A stretch of DNA of 64,000 nucleotides from Sphyrna mokarran (Eukaryota): positions 102,424,001-102,488,000 of the forward strand of contig JAGIQG010000009.1 in assembly GCA_024679065.1 (NCBI GenBank). Direction: 5' to 3'. Both the position numbers and the translations under genes were made by a program. Below the pieces are notes generated by a model that saw only the letters and a list, made by a program, of their open reading frames with translations, had not been told where the DNA came from and did not search any database. This document shows, one piece after another, positions 38,825 through 50,600 of the stretch. The number at the start of each line of letters is the position of its first letter. The stretch's first letter is position 1.

Positions 38825-39858
38825 CAAAGAACAAAAACAGCACAGGAAACAGGCCCTTCGGCCCAACGAGCCCGCGCCGCCACCTCGATGTTCCTACCTC
38901 TACCCACGATCCCTGTCTATGTTTATAGATCTATGGATTAAAAAACCAATTTGAGACAATTTAGGGAGAATTTGTTTTGCCAATTAGCCTAAGAGCACAT
39001 CTTTGGGATGTGGGAGGAAACTGGAGCACCCGGAGAAAAGCCACACAAGCACGGGGAGAATGTGCAAACTCCCACAGACACAGGTCCAAACCCATGTATC
39101 TGCACAGCACAGCGATAGTCACTGAGCTGTCGTGTTGCCCATCAAATAATCCAGGTCAAGCGTACACTAACGATGTGAACCACTAGGATAGTCTCGAAAA
39201 AAATCCAAAAGCAGCCCTCTCACGACCCATTGCGTCTATGCCCCTTGTTAGACAACAAGGTGAACCAAAGCACCTGTAGGATAAAAACAAGTACATCAAT
39301 ATCATCATCTATTTACACACTTCCCAGGGACTCCAAAGGCTCATGATCCCTATTTTAAATCAGTTTTCTATACCCCTCCAATCCCATTCTGTTCATGTGC
39401 CCATCTAAGTATTTCTTAATAACTCCAGAGTACCTGCCTCCACCACTTTACTTGGCAGTGCATTCTATACCCCCACCACCCTCTGTGTGAAAAAACTCCC
39501 TCTAGCATCCAAATTATACCTTACCCCCCTCACCCTAAGCCCGTGACCCCTCGTGCTATTCGAGTCCATCCTAGGAAAAAGCTTAACCCTGTTTATTCTA
39601 TCTATACCCCTCATAATCTTGTACACCTCTATCAGATCTCCTCTAAGTCTACGTCTTTCTAAGGAAAACAGTCCCAATTTGCCTAATCTCTCCTCATACC
39701 TCAGACCTTCCATACCAGGCAGCATCCTGGTAAACCTCCTCTGCACTCTCTCCAGAGTCTCCACGTCCTTCCGGTAGTAGGACGACCAGAACTGGACGCA
39801 GTATTCCAAATGAGATCTAACCAACATTTTATACAACTGCAACATTAAAGGCCAGTTT
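38825..39858 (-). mobile_element. CR1 3' end with V-domain-like segment in the 3'UTR, nested in a SINE
   Basis: ORF 39465-39845 CR1 C-terminus; V-domain-like 38960-39140. Confidence 0.88.
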
Positions 39859-40180
39859 TAGCAGGGCCAACACATCTAACCAGCATGTCATTCAGACTGT
39901 GGGAGGCAACCCATGCAGACAGGGGGAGAATGTGCAGACTCATCACAGGCAGTGATCCATACTGAGAATTGAACCCGGGTCCCTGGCAGTATGAAACAGC
40001 AGTACTAACCACTGTGCCACCATGTCACCAACTGAAGTTGGATCGTGCATAGAGGAAAATCCCTTGAGTCATACAAAGTACAGTAAAGGGAGCTCCGGCT
40101 TTTATGGAAAGACAAGTTCAAAACAGCCACCTCAGCCATATTTCACTCCATGATGCTATTAAAATATCAGGAAGAGGAAT

Positions 40181-40886
40181 CACTTGGCTGGTGGTGAGAA
40201 GGGCACTCCCCATCAAGTCTTTTAAGCACGCTCAAGGTCTCAGCAGCATTGCACGCTGCCCTCGAAGCGGCTGCGGGGCTGATGAGACGATCGCACACCT
40301 CCTTGTGGAATGTGCCTTTGCAAAGAAGGTCTGGAGTGAGATGCAGTGGTATTTATCAAGGTTCATCCCGAGCAACTCGGTAATGCAGGACTCTGTGCTC
40401 TACGGGCTGTTCCCGGGGAGGCACACCGAGACAAATATCAACTGCTGCTTGAGGGTCATCAAATCGGTGAAGAACGCACTTTGGTCCACCTGAAACTTGC
40501 TGATCTTCCAGTTGAAAGAACTGTCCTCGACCGAGTGTTGCAGACTGGCACATTCCAAGGTTCAGGACTACGTGCTGAGGGATGCGCTGAAACTTGGGGC
40601 AGCCGCTGCAAAGGCACAATGGGGAAAGGCCACACTATAAGGCCTTTTAACGGAGGCAGATCGAGGGCCCGGGAACTGCAGAATACCTTCGACCTGCGTG
40701 ACTTGTGCCAATCTGAGCAATAACGGCACGCAGTAATTTTTTGAGGCATGTATATAGTTGTAAGTTTGAAACGTTACGACTGTAATTTGAAAAAGTTTTA
40801 ATTCTGCACTGTTTACAATTCAAAGACTTGTAAATCGCATGATTTATTTGAGATTTTTATGAATAAAGTATATTTTTGAAAAAAAA
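40181..40886 (+). mobile_element. Tx1/L1-clade LINE, 5'-truncated
   Basis: ORF2 C-terminal zinc knuckle CPRSGCGADETIAHLLVEC, AATAAA plus poly(A), 15-bp TSD atcaggaagaggaat at 40166-40180 and 40887-40901. Confidence 0.9.
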
Positions 40887-41231
40887 ATCAGGAAGAGGAA
40901 TGTCATGAGAATGCATTATACTTGTCTAAACAAAGGCACAAATTGCAGGGCAACATCCCTGGTTGCAACGTTTTCCAAGAGCTTAAAGAGGGACATAGAA
41001 AAGAATGAAATGTTCACAAGATTAAATCAAGAACCAGTCACAGAATATGAGGACAGATGCTAGGCCTGAAAGGTCATCCAGTGGATTGAACTGAAAAACA
41101 AAGGGCAATAATGCTAGTTGTGGCACAATATAGATCCCAGTTACAGGGAGTTAGAAGACATTAGAAACATACAGGCAAATTACTGAGAAGTGTGGAGGAT
41201 GTAGGGTAGTAAGACATAGCAATTACTTTCA

Positions 41232-42090
41232 TAAAACATAGAAATATAGAAAGTAGGTGCAAGAATAGTCCATTCGGTCCTTTCAGCCCGCTCTACTTTT
41301 TATAGGCCGGAATTTTGCCCTTCCCGGAATCGGGATGGGTGAAGATCGGAGAACGGCATTTTCCAATGGCCTCAGGCAGGATTGTACAAGCCTCACTCAA
41401 GCAGGCAAGGCGGTAACTTCTAATCATTATGTTCGTGGGTGATCATCCAACTCAGTAGCCTGTTCCCACCTCCCCCCGCCCCAAATCATTTGGTCCCAAG
41501 AGCTATATTTAACTCCTATTTGATAACATTAAACATTTTGGCGTCAACTACTTTCTGGAATAGTGGATTTCACAGATTCACCCATCCCACCGAGTGAAGA
41601 AATTTCTCCTTATCTTAGTCTTAAATGATCTACCCATATCCTCAGACTGTGTCTGCCAGACACCCCATTATCAGGAACATCCTTCCTCCAAAAACTCTAT
41701 CTAATATTGTCAGAATTTTACAGGTTTCTATGAGATTCCCTCTCATTTATTTAAACTCCAGTGAATATAATCCTAATTGACTCAATCTCTCCTCATCCCA
41801 GGAATCAGGCTGGTAAACTTCACTGCACTCCCTCTGAAGCAAGAACATCCTTCCTCAGATAAGGAGACCAAAACTGACACAATATTCCAGGTGTGGCCTC
41901 ACCAACGTCCTGTATAACTGTAGGAAGATATCCCTACTCCTGTAATCGAATGCTTTCGCTATGAAGGCCAAAATATTATCTGCCTTCTTTATTGCTTGCT
42001 GCACCAGCTTGCTTACCTTCAGTGACTGGTGCACAAGGTCACCCAGGTCTCATTACACATTCTCCTCACTCAATGTATGGCCATTAAGAT
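41232..42090 (-). mobile_element. CR1 3' portion, degenerate
   Basis: aatattccaggtgtggcctcaccaa (RPHLEY antisense); catagaaa tail. Confidence 0.8.
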
Positions 42091-42959
42091 AACAAGCTGA
42101 AATTCAGTGTAAATAGGTGCAGAATTTGTAAAACATCAGGACAGTATTTTTTGCTGATACATAACAAACCCAGAAAGAGGAAACAGCAGTCCTGGGTTCA
42201 GCTTTAGTGAATAAATCTGGCATGTGGAAAGGGTATCAGAGTAAGGGTATGGTAGTATTCATTATTTAGTTAGTATTAGAAAAGGTATGGAAAAGGATAA
42301 AGAGATAGATAAAGTACAAAAGTTTTTAACTGGGGAAAGGCCAATTTTATTAAACTGCGATGTATTTCACCCAAAGGAAATTGAAGGAGATATGTGCTCT
42401 ATGGGAAGCACTCAAGAAATAGAGAATTCAGAACAAAAATGTTCCCAAAATTCAAACAGTGACATTCCCAATTCCACCTCACCCCGACACAGCAGAGCAT
42501 GGAATGTAAGATAATGCAAAGAAAATACCTGTCAGATACCAAGAACTCTGTACAACAAAAAAGTCTAGAGGCAGATAGCGAGTGTGAGGGGCCGGAATTG
42601 AGTTGGTGCCTCACCCACAGGAAAGGTGTTTCTTCAAAGTAGTTTGTGAGCTCAGGTTTAGTGTGTTTTTATTTAGCTTTCTTTAAAGTTGTGAGCGGTT
42701 CTCGGTCTTTTGGCTAAGGTCAAGCCAGGTTGGAGTGTAATGCATGCATCTTGTCTGTCTTGCTTGTGGGGACCATGAATTGGATTCAATTTGAATCTGT
42801 TTTTTTTTGGAGCCAGCAAGGAGATGGGTTAAGGGCTTGCTCGGCCCATTCTGTGCATTGGCTTTGTAATTTCAAGAAAGGAATAAACTTTTTAAAACCC
42901 TTGAGTAGTCCAGTTGCCTCCTACTAGCTGATGTTTGCGCTACAGGGAGGCTTTGACTT

Positions 42960-43142
42960 GGCGTGAGTGCATCCACTGCCTGGGACAATCAGCATCTTCT
43001 GTTGTCAGTGTGCAGACAGACCAACATCTGCGACCAGTCTGAAATAGCCCCAGGTGCCAAGGCAAAATGTGGCAAGAGCAAGGCCATGTTCTTTGGGAAT
43101 TGGGCTGACCATCCCTTGTCCCCTTCTGCGTCAGGTCAGACA
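42960..43142 (+). mobile_element. Tx1-like RT fragment
   Basis: PGAKAKCGKSKAMFFGNW resembles the Tx1 RT SGAKVNxxKSEAM motif. Confidence 0.55.
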
Positions 43143-43904
43143 CAATGAATGGAATGGTGTTTGGCACAAACTCATCGAATCCATTAAATCTCTACCCTGC
43201 AAAAGGAGGCTAATCAGCCCATTGAGTCTGCACTGTCTCCCTGCCAGAATATCTTAATCCAGGTCCTCTCCTCCATAACCCCACCCATTTATCATAGCTA
43301 ATCCCCCTAACCTACACATCTTGGAACACAAATGGGCAATTTAGCGTGGTCAATGCATCTAACCTGCACATCTTTGGAGTGTGGGAAGAAACCGGAGGAA
43401 ACCCACGCAGGCATGGGGAGAATGTACAAACTCCACACAGACAATGACCTGACACCAGAATTGAACTGGGGTCCCTAATGCTGTGAGGCAGCAGTGCTAA
43501 CAACTGTGCCATCATGCTGCCTTCTTAATCACTGCTTCTAATTCCAAAACACAATGAGCATAAACCTGAGATAGCTATATTCAGCATAATTTATTAGAGG
43601 GGATGTGACATTGTGTTTCTGCACTTGTCAAAAACACACAAGGGAAATGGTTCTCTGACTCTTCAATCTTTAACCTTAAAGGGCTAATGTTGTAGGGCAA
43701 AATTGGGGATTGGGTCTTTTATATTTTAATCCATGTACATGCAGGGCTACATAGAGAAAGCCCAGAGGGCCAGACCTCACTAGAGGAAAGGAAAGGGTTA
43801 ATGCTAGAGGCCTGCTCTGCCAACAGAGAATGATTAGTGCATGCTATCAACTTCTGATGTGCAGTAGATTGCTCAAATGATCATAATAACGTTGCCTAAA
43901 GTTT

Positions 43905-44215
43905 TAGATCCCCAAAAGTAGGAGAGTCTAAAACTAGAGGACATAGGTTTAAGCTGAGAGGGGAGAGATCCAGAGGGACATTTTTTCTCACGCAGAGTGG
44001 TGAGTGTCTGGAACAAGCTAGCAGAGGTAGTAATAGGGGCAGGTACAATTTTGTCTTCTAAGAAGAATTTAAACAGTTGCATGGGTAAAGTAGGTATAGA
44101 AGGGTGTGGGACAAATGTGGGCAATTGGGACTACCTTAGGGATTTAAAAAAGGGCAGCATGGACAAGTTGGCCAAAGGGCCTGTTTCCATGCTGTAAATC
44201 TCTATGATTCCATGA
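43905..44215 (+). mobile_element. CR1 3' end
   Basis: Homologous to 9850-10170. Confidence 0.85.
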
Positions 44216-44602
44216 TAACAGGAGAACCGGCATTAAGACAGCCTATAGCCAAGGGAGGATATAGTCTTCCATAAAAATGATCATCTAGAGAGGAGAAAAA
44301 ACAATTAACACAACAGTGCAAATCAGTTGGGTAAACACAATGCTTTAACATTATAATCGGGTAAACGGAACTGTCTAGATACTGATTAACAAAGTTGTAC
44401 TGAATAAAATGCAGTCTGCATAGTGAGAATAAAAGAGCCATTTTGTATCCAACTTGAGGAATTAATATGTTAATATAAACCTTTGTGACTCAAACAGTAT
44501 ATTAACCTGTAGCAAATCTAGCAGGGGCAGAGAGGACTTGCAGCTCTCCCTCTTGCGTGTGAAATAAAAGCTTTTCTTGAAGTTCGACATGGTCTCCAAG
44601 GC

Positions 44603-44623
44603 TCAACTTGTTTCATTTCCATC
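44603..44623 (-). CDS. Terminal coding exon DGNETS-stop
   Basis: Acceptor cctttagctgtag after a 124-bp intron, phase 0, TGA at 44605-44603. Confidence 0.5.
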   Translation of the reverse strand, partial: DGNETS

Positions 44624-47600
44624 CTACAGCTAAAGGTAATGAGCTGGGTGCTCGCATTTAAATAGTTTAAGATAGTTCTTCTCCAGTAGAGTTCCTCCAA
44701 TTTAAGCCAGTTTGTCACTGATAGCTGTGCTCCTGGATTTAATTTACCTCTTCATCAGTAGTTGTGGCTTTCAACAAGGGTTCCTTCAGCTCCTCGAGGA
44801 AGAAAAATATAAAAATATGAATTCAAATATCTTCAGCAATGGAAAAATGTTCATTTTTATCAACTCGCAAAAAAAAAGGACAGATCTGTAACTACTGATA
44901 CAAAAATGGAAAATGCTGGAAAATCTCTGCAGATCTGACAGCACCTGTGAGGTGAGAATAGAGACAACGTTTTGAGTCTCGGTGACTGTTTTATCAGAGC
45001 AGGTAACCTGAATTTGATTTGCCTCTACTTTTGAAAATCATGCTTTCAATTTAGTTCTTTCCTTTAAACATGAACAAGTTTAGCTTTTTTTTTGTTAGAC
45101 AGAAGCAACCTGTCAAGGTTTCAATGTATAACTTCAATTTTGATCTTTCTCTAATCTCTGACCATCCATTAGATCATTTATTGTAATTTTCAAACTATAA
45201 ATTTCAACATTAACTATTAATTTTTCTTTAAAGTTTATTTAGTCGTGTCACAAGTAGGGTTACATTAACACTGTAATGCAGTTACTGTGAAAATCCCCTA
45301 GCCTCTTCGGGAACCCTAAGAGAGAATTTAGCATGGCCAATGCACCTAACCAGCATGTCTTTCAGATGTGCAAGAGCAGATTTGGTTTTATTTAACTTCC
45401 CTATGAAAAATTCAGCAGGATGTAATTTCAAAGAAATAATCCCCTTCATCCTTGGATTAAACAACTCTGCTTACAGTAAGCACAGTGGCATGCATGCAAT
45501 TCAGCAGATACTAGAACCTCTCATTTTCCCAAAGTAATTGTTTGGTAGATATGCCGATGACAATAATCTCTCCCTTGATATCAATAAAATAAAGGAGATA
45601 GTTATCAGTGTCAGGAGGACATGCCCCTGTCTACACCAACAGTGATGAAGTGGAGACGGTCAAGAGGTTCAACTTTCTAACTGTTCAAATCACCTGTCCT
45701 GCTCCCTCCACGCTGCACCATAGTTTAGGAAGCCCACCAGCGCTACTACAGAAGGCTAAGGAAATTCAGTACATCCGCTACAACTCTCACCAATTTTTAC
45801 AGAAACACCCTTCCTGGATGTATCGTAGCGTAGTACAGCTCCTGTTCTAACCAAGATCACAAGAGACTACAAAAGGTCATGAATGTAGCCCAGTCCATCA
45901 AGCAAACTAGCCTCCCATCTACTGACTCCGTCTACACTTTCTGCTGCCTCGGAAAAGCAACCAGCATAATTAACGACCCCACGCACCTCAGACATTCACC
46001 TTCTTCCTTCAGGAAAAAGATACCAAAGTCTGAAAACATCTGCTGCCAGCATACTTTTGTATGGTCATGTCACATATTAAGGTCATCTTTCTCTTCACCC
46101 TATCTGTAATTGCAACACTATGTTCTGTACCCTCTCCTTTCCTTTTCCCCAATGTACTCTATGAGTGGTATATTTTGCCTGTATAATGCATAAGAAAAAA
46201 TATTTCTTACTGTATTCCAATGTATGTGACAATAGCAATTCAATTCAATCCAAAGCAATTCAATACAATCAAATTGATTCGATCAAGTCAAGTCAAATCA
46301 AATCAAATCAATTCAATTCAAATCAAATCAAATCAATTCAATCAAATCAATTAAATTCAATTCAAACCAATTCAATTCAAATCAAATCAATACAATCAAT
46401 GCAAATCAAATCAATACAATTCAATTCAATAATCACAGCTGAATAGCAAAAAAGAAACAAAGAACAAGATTCTCTGGCCTCCCCGCGGCATGTTTCTTGG
46501 CAGTAGGGAGTGGCCCTCTGTCAATGGGATGGGAAGATCCCACTGCCATGAACAACTGGAAGATCTTACTCAAAATCTTCCTTTTCTGACAACAATAACT
46601 TGAGAAAGGAAAGTCCATTTAGAGAAAAGTTGAGAGCAAAGGCTGCTTTTCGAAACCTGTGACTTGTAAATGGACCAAATACTTACAAACTGTTGACATT
46701 CATCAGGATCTTTTCCACTGGGAACTGTGAATGCTGTTCCATTTGTCCCCTTATTCAATTTTTTACCTGTTGATGTGAACAGAGAATGAAAAGCAAACTG
46801 AGCAAAGGTTCCGCTGAATAGATAATGAGTAATTATATCGCTCTGTAACATCTTTCCCAAACACGATCTCCTTCACATTTTAACATGCAATTCAACAAAG
46901 TTTAGCAGTCCAAATGAAACTGCTTGCTCATTATATTATTGACTTGCTTATTTTAATGTCTCTGTTGAAAGGGAATTGGTCCATTTCACAGAAATATTAT
47001 ACTCAAAAAGTTAGTTCTATTACCACAGGCTGGTTAGAAGGTCTGTCTTAGTGCTATGAGAGTTCGTCACAGTTATAATAATAGCAGTTAAGGAATGTCA
47101 GCCCACAACCAAGGCAGACCAAAGGCCCAGTAAATGTAGAAAACTCTCGGGCTGCATAACTGCATGCTAATCTATAAAAACAGCACACAGTAAAATGTGA
47201 TGAATGTATATAGTTTGTTAAAGAATTGAACTGTAATGTATGTAATTTCTTGGAACTGAGCACTGTAAAATATTGAAGTTAAGGAAATTGTAAATATGAT
47301 TTTTTGCACTGTTTATAATGATTAGAAATGTCATTTCTGTAATCGTCTATTTCGGAATATTTATGAATAAAATGTTCTTTTGAAATTAAAAAAAATTGGA
47401 AAACCCAGCCCTTTGTAATCATTACAACATGGTGAGGCAGCACAGTGGCACAGTGGTTTGCACTGCTACCTCATAGTGTCAGGAACTCAGGTTTGATTCC
47501 CGGTTTGGGTCACTGTCTGTGCAAAGTCTGCATGCTCTCCCCGTGTCTTCATGGGTTTCCTCTGGGGTGGTCCAGTTTCTTTCTACAGTCTAAAGATGTG

Positions 47601-50600
47601 TGGGTTAGGTGAATTGGCCATGCTAAGTTGTCCCTTAGTGTCAGGGGGATTAGTAGGATAAATACATAGAGTTCTGGAAATAGTGCCTGGGTAGGATTGT
47701 GATTGGTGTAAACTCAATGGGCCAAATTGCCCTCTTCTGCACTGTAAGAATTCTATGATAATAGTTTGGAATCAAGCTCTAAATGCATCAGTATTACTTA
47801 CATATGATATGAAGCACAAAGGCTATTAAAAAGGAAACAAACAGAATTCCCAAAGAAGCAACTATGGTTCCTTGTAGATTGGCTGCTGGTTCACAACCTT
47901 TACCTGTAATGGATAACATCATGAACTGCGGTTATTAAAATTATACAAATGGTCTGACCTCTTGGTTGTATCACAACCACTCACCGCTCCCCAATATTGC
48001 TGCTTGGATTATTATTTCCAGTACGCTGAAGATCATACACTAGAAGGTGGCATAGTGCCACAGTCATTAGCATTGCTGCCTCACAGCACTAGAGATTTGG
48101 GTTTCATTCTGGCCTTAAATGACTGTGCGGAGTTTGTACATTCTTCCCCATTTGCGTGGGTTTCCTCTGGGTGCTCCGATTTCCTCCCACTGTCTAAAAA
48201 TGTCCAGATTAGGTGGACTGTCCATGCTAAATTGTCACTTAATGTCCAGACACGTGCAAGTTAGTTAGATTGGCAATGCTAATTGTCCCTTAGTGTTCAA
48301 AGATGTAAAGTTTAGGTGGATTGACCATGCTAAATTGTCCTTTTGTGTCCAGAGATGTGAAATTTAGGTGGATTGGCCATGCTAAATTGTCCCTTTGTGT
48401 CCATAGATGTGAAGTTTAGGTGGATTGGCCATGCTAAATTGTTCCTTAGTATCCAAAGAACATAGAACAGAGAACATTACAGCGCAGAACAGGCCCTTCA
48501 GCCCTCGATGTTGCGCCGACCAATTAAGAAAAAGCAATGACCCTCTAACCTAAACCATTCCCTTTTCATCCATAAACCTATCCACTGACCACTTAAATGC
48601 CCCCAAACTTGGTGCATCTACAACTGCAGCAGGTAGGGCATTCCTTATCCTTACCACCCTCTGGGTAAAGAACCTACCTCTGACATCCATCCTATAACTA
48701 CCACACCTTAATTTAAAGCTATGTCCCCTCATGCTAGCTTTCTCCATCCTAGGAAAAAGGCTATCACTGTCCACCCTCTCTAATCCTCTGATCATCTTAT
48801 GTGCTTCAAAAAGGTCTCCTCTTAGCCTCCTTCTTTCTAATGAAAACACCTCAAATCCCTCAGCCTCTCCTCATAAGACCTTCCCTCCATACCAGGCAAC
48901 ATCCTGGTAAACCTCCTTTGCACCCTCTCCAATGTCTCCACATCTTTCTTATAATGTGGCGACCAGAACTGTACACAATACTCCAAGTGCAGCCGCACCA
49001 GAATTTTGTACAGTTGCAACATGACGTTGCGGCTCCAAAGTTCAATCCCCCTACCAATAAAAGCCAAGATTTCATATGCCTTCTTAACAACCTTATCGAC
49101 TTGATTGCCAACTTTCAGGGATCTATGCACATATACACCTAGATCCTTCTGTTCGTCAACACTATTAAGAGTCCTACCATTAGCCCTATACTCTATACAT
49201 TTGTTATTCCTGCCAAAGTGAATTACCTCACACTTTTCCACATTAAACTCCATTTGCCACCTCTCGGCCCAGCTCTGCAACTTGTCCAAGTCTCTCTGCA
49301 AACCATAACACCCCTCTTCACTGTCTACCACTCCTCCAACTTTGGTGTCATCTGCAAATTTAGTAATCCATCCTTCAATACCCTCATCCAGATCATTTAT
49401 AAAAATTACAAACTGCAGAGGCCCCAAAACAGATCCCTGAGGTACACCACTTGTAACCGAACTCCATAATGAATAATTCCCAATCAACCACCACCCTCTG
49501 TCTTCTATCAGCTAGCCAATTCCTAATCCAATTAGCTAAATCACCCTCAATCCCATACATCTGCATTTTCTGCAGAAGCCTTCCATGGGGAACCTTATCG
49601 AACGCCTTACTAAAGTCCATATATACCACGTCAACTGCCTTACCCCCATCCACCTCTTTGGTCACTTTTTCAAAAAACTCAATAAGGTTAGTAAGGCACG
49701 ACCTACCCTTCACAAAACCATGCTGACTATCCCCAATCAATTCATTTCTCTCTAAATAACTATAAATCCTATCCCTAATAATTCTTTCCAATATTTTGCC
49801 CACGACAGAAGACTCACCGGTCTATAATTCCCAGGAGAGTCTCTATTCCCTTTCTTGAACAATGGGACAACATTCGCTATCCACCAGTCATCCGGCACTA
49901 TACCTGTAACTAACGATGACCTGAAGATCAGAGCCAAAGGCTCTGCAATCGCCTCTCTTGCCTCCCAGAGAATCCTAGAGTAAATCCCGTCCGGCCCAGG
50001 GGACTTATCTATTTTCAAACCCTTAAGAATATCTAACACCTCCTCCTTATCTACTTCAATACTTTCCAGTTTACAACCCTGTATCCCAGTGTTCTCCACA
50101 ACTACATTTATGTCTCCCTGCGTGAATACCGAAGAGAAATACCTCTCTGTACCTCTGTGATCTCTCTGATCCTCTCTGATCTCTTCAGGCTCCACGCACA
50201 ACTTCCCACTGCTGTCTCAGACTGGCCCTAATCTTGCCCTAACCAATCTTTTATTCTTAACATATCTAAAGAAAGCTTTGAGTTTACACTGATAACTGAT
50301 AATGTACTGATGACAATGAAATCATTGTTGGAAAAACCCATCTCGTTTAGTAATGGACCTGCGGAAAGGAAATCTGCCATCCTTATCGCTTCTGGCCTAC
50401 ATGTGACTCAAAGCTACAGCAATGTGGTTGATTCTCAACTTCCCTTAGGCAAATAAATGCCGGCCAGTGACGCCTACGTCCCACAAATGAATTAAAAGAA
50501 GTTCACCTGAGTCCCAGGATAATCAGATAGAAAGGCACGTGCATCCATAATCGAGACTGGGTGACTGAAGATGTGCACATTAAGTGGATTTACCATACTA

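Noticed and set aside
46165-46446. Low-complexity ORFs (NQIKS-rich here, HT/CV-rich at 52594-53039)
   Set aside because: Translations of microsatellites and the N gap.
47071-47171. Alternative TM5 exon candidate (ACSYAAREF...CYYYN)
   Set aside because: Weak donor, needs a secondary acceptor, overlaps a Tx1-like 3'UTR remnant; 47802-47903 fits far better.
48200-48457. Regularly spaced repeats resembling a CRISPR array
   Set aside because: Head-to-tail units without unique spacers, inside a eukaryotic SINE.
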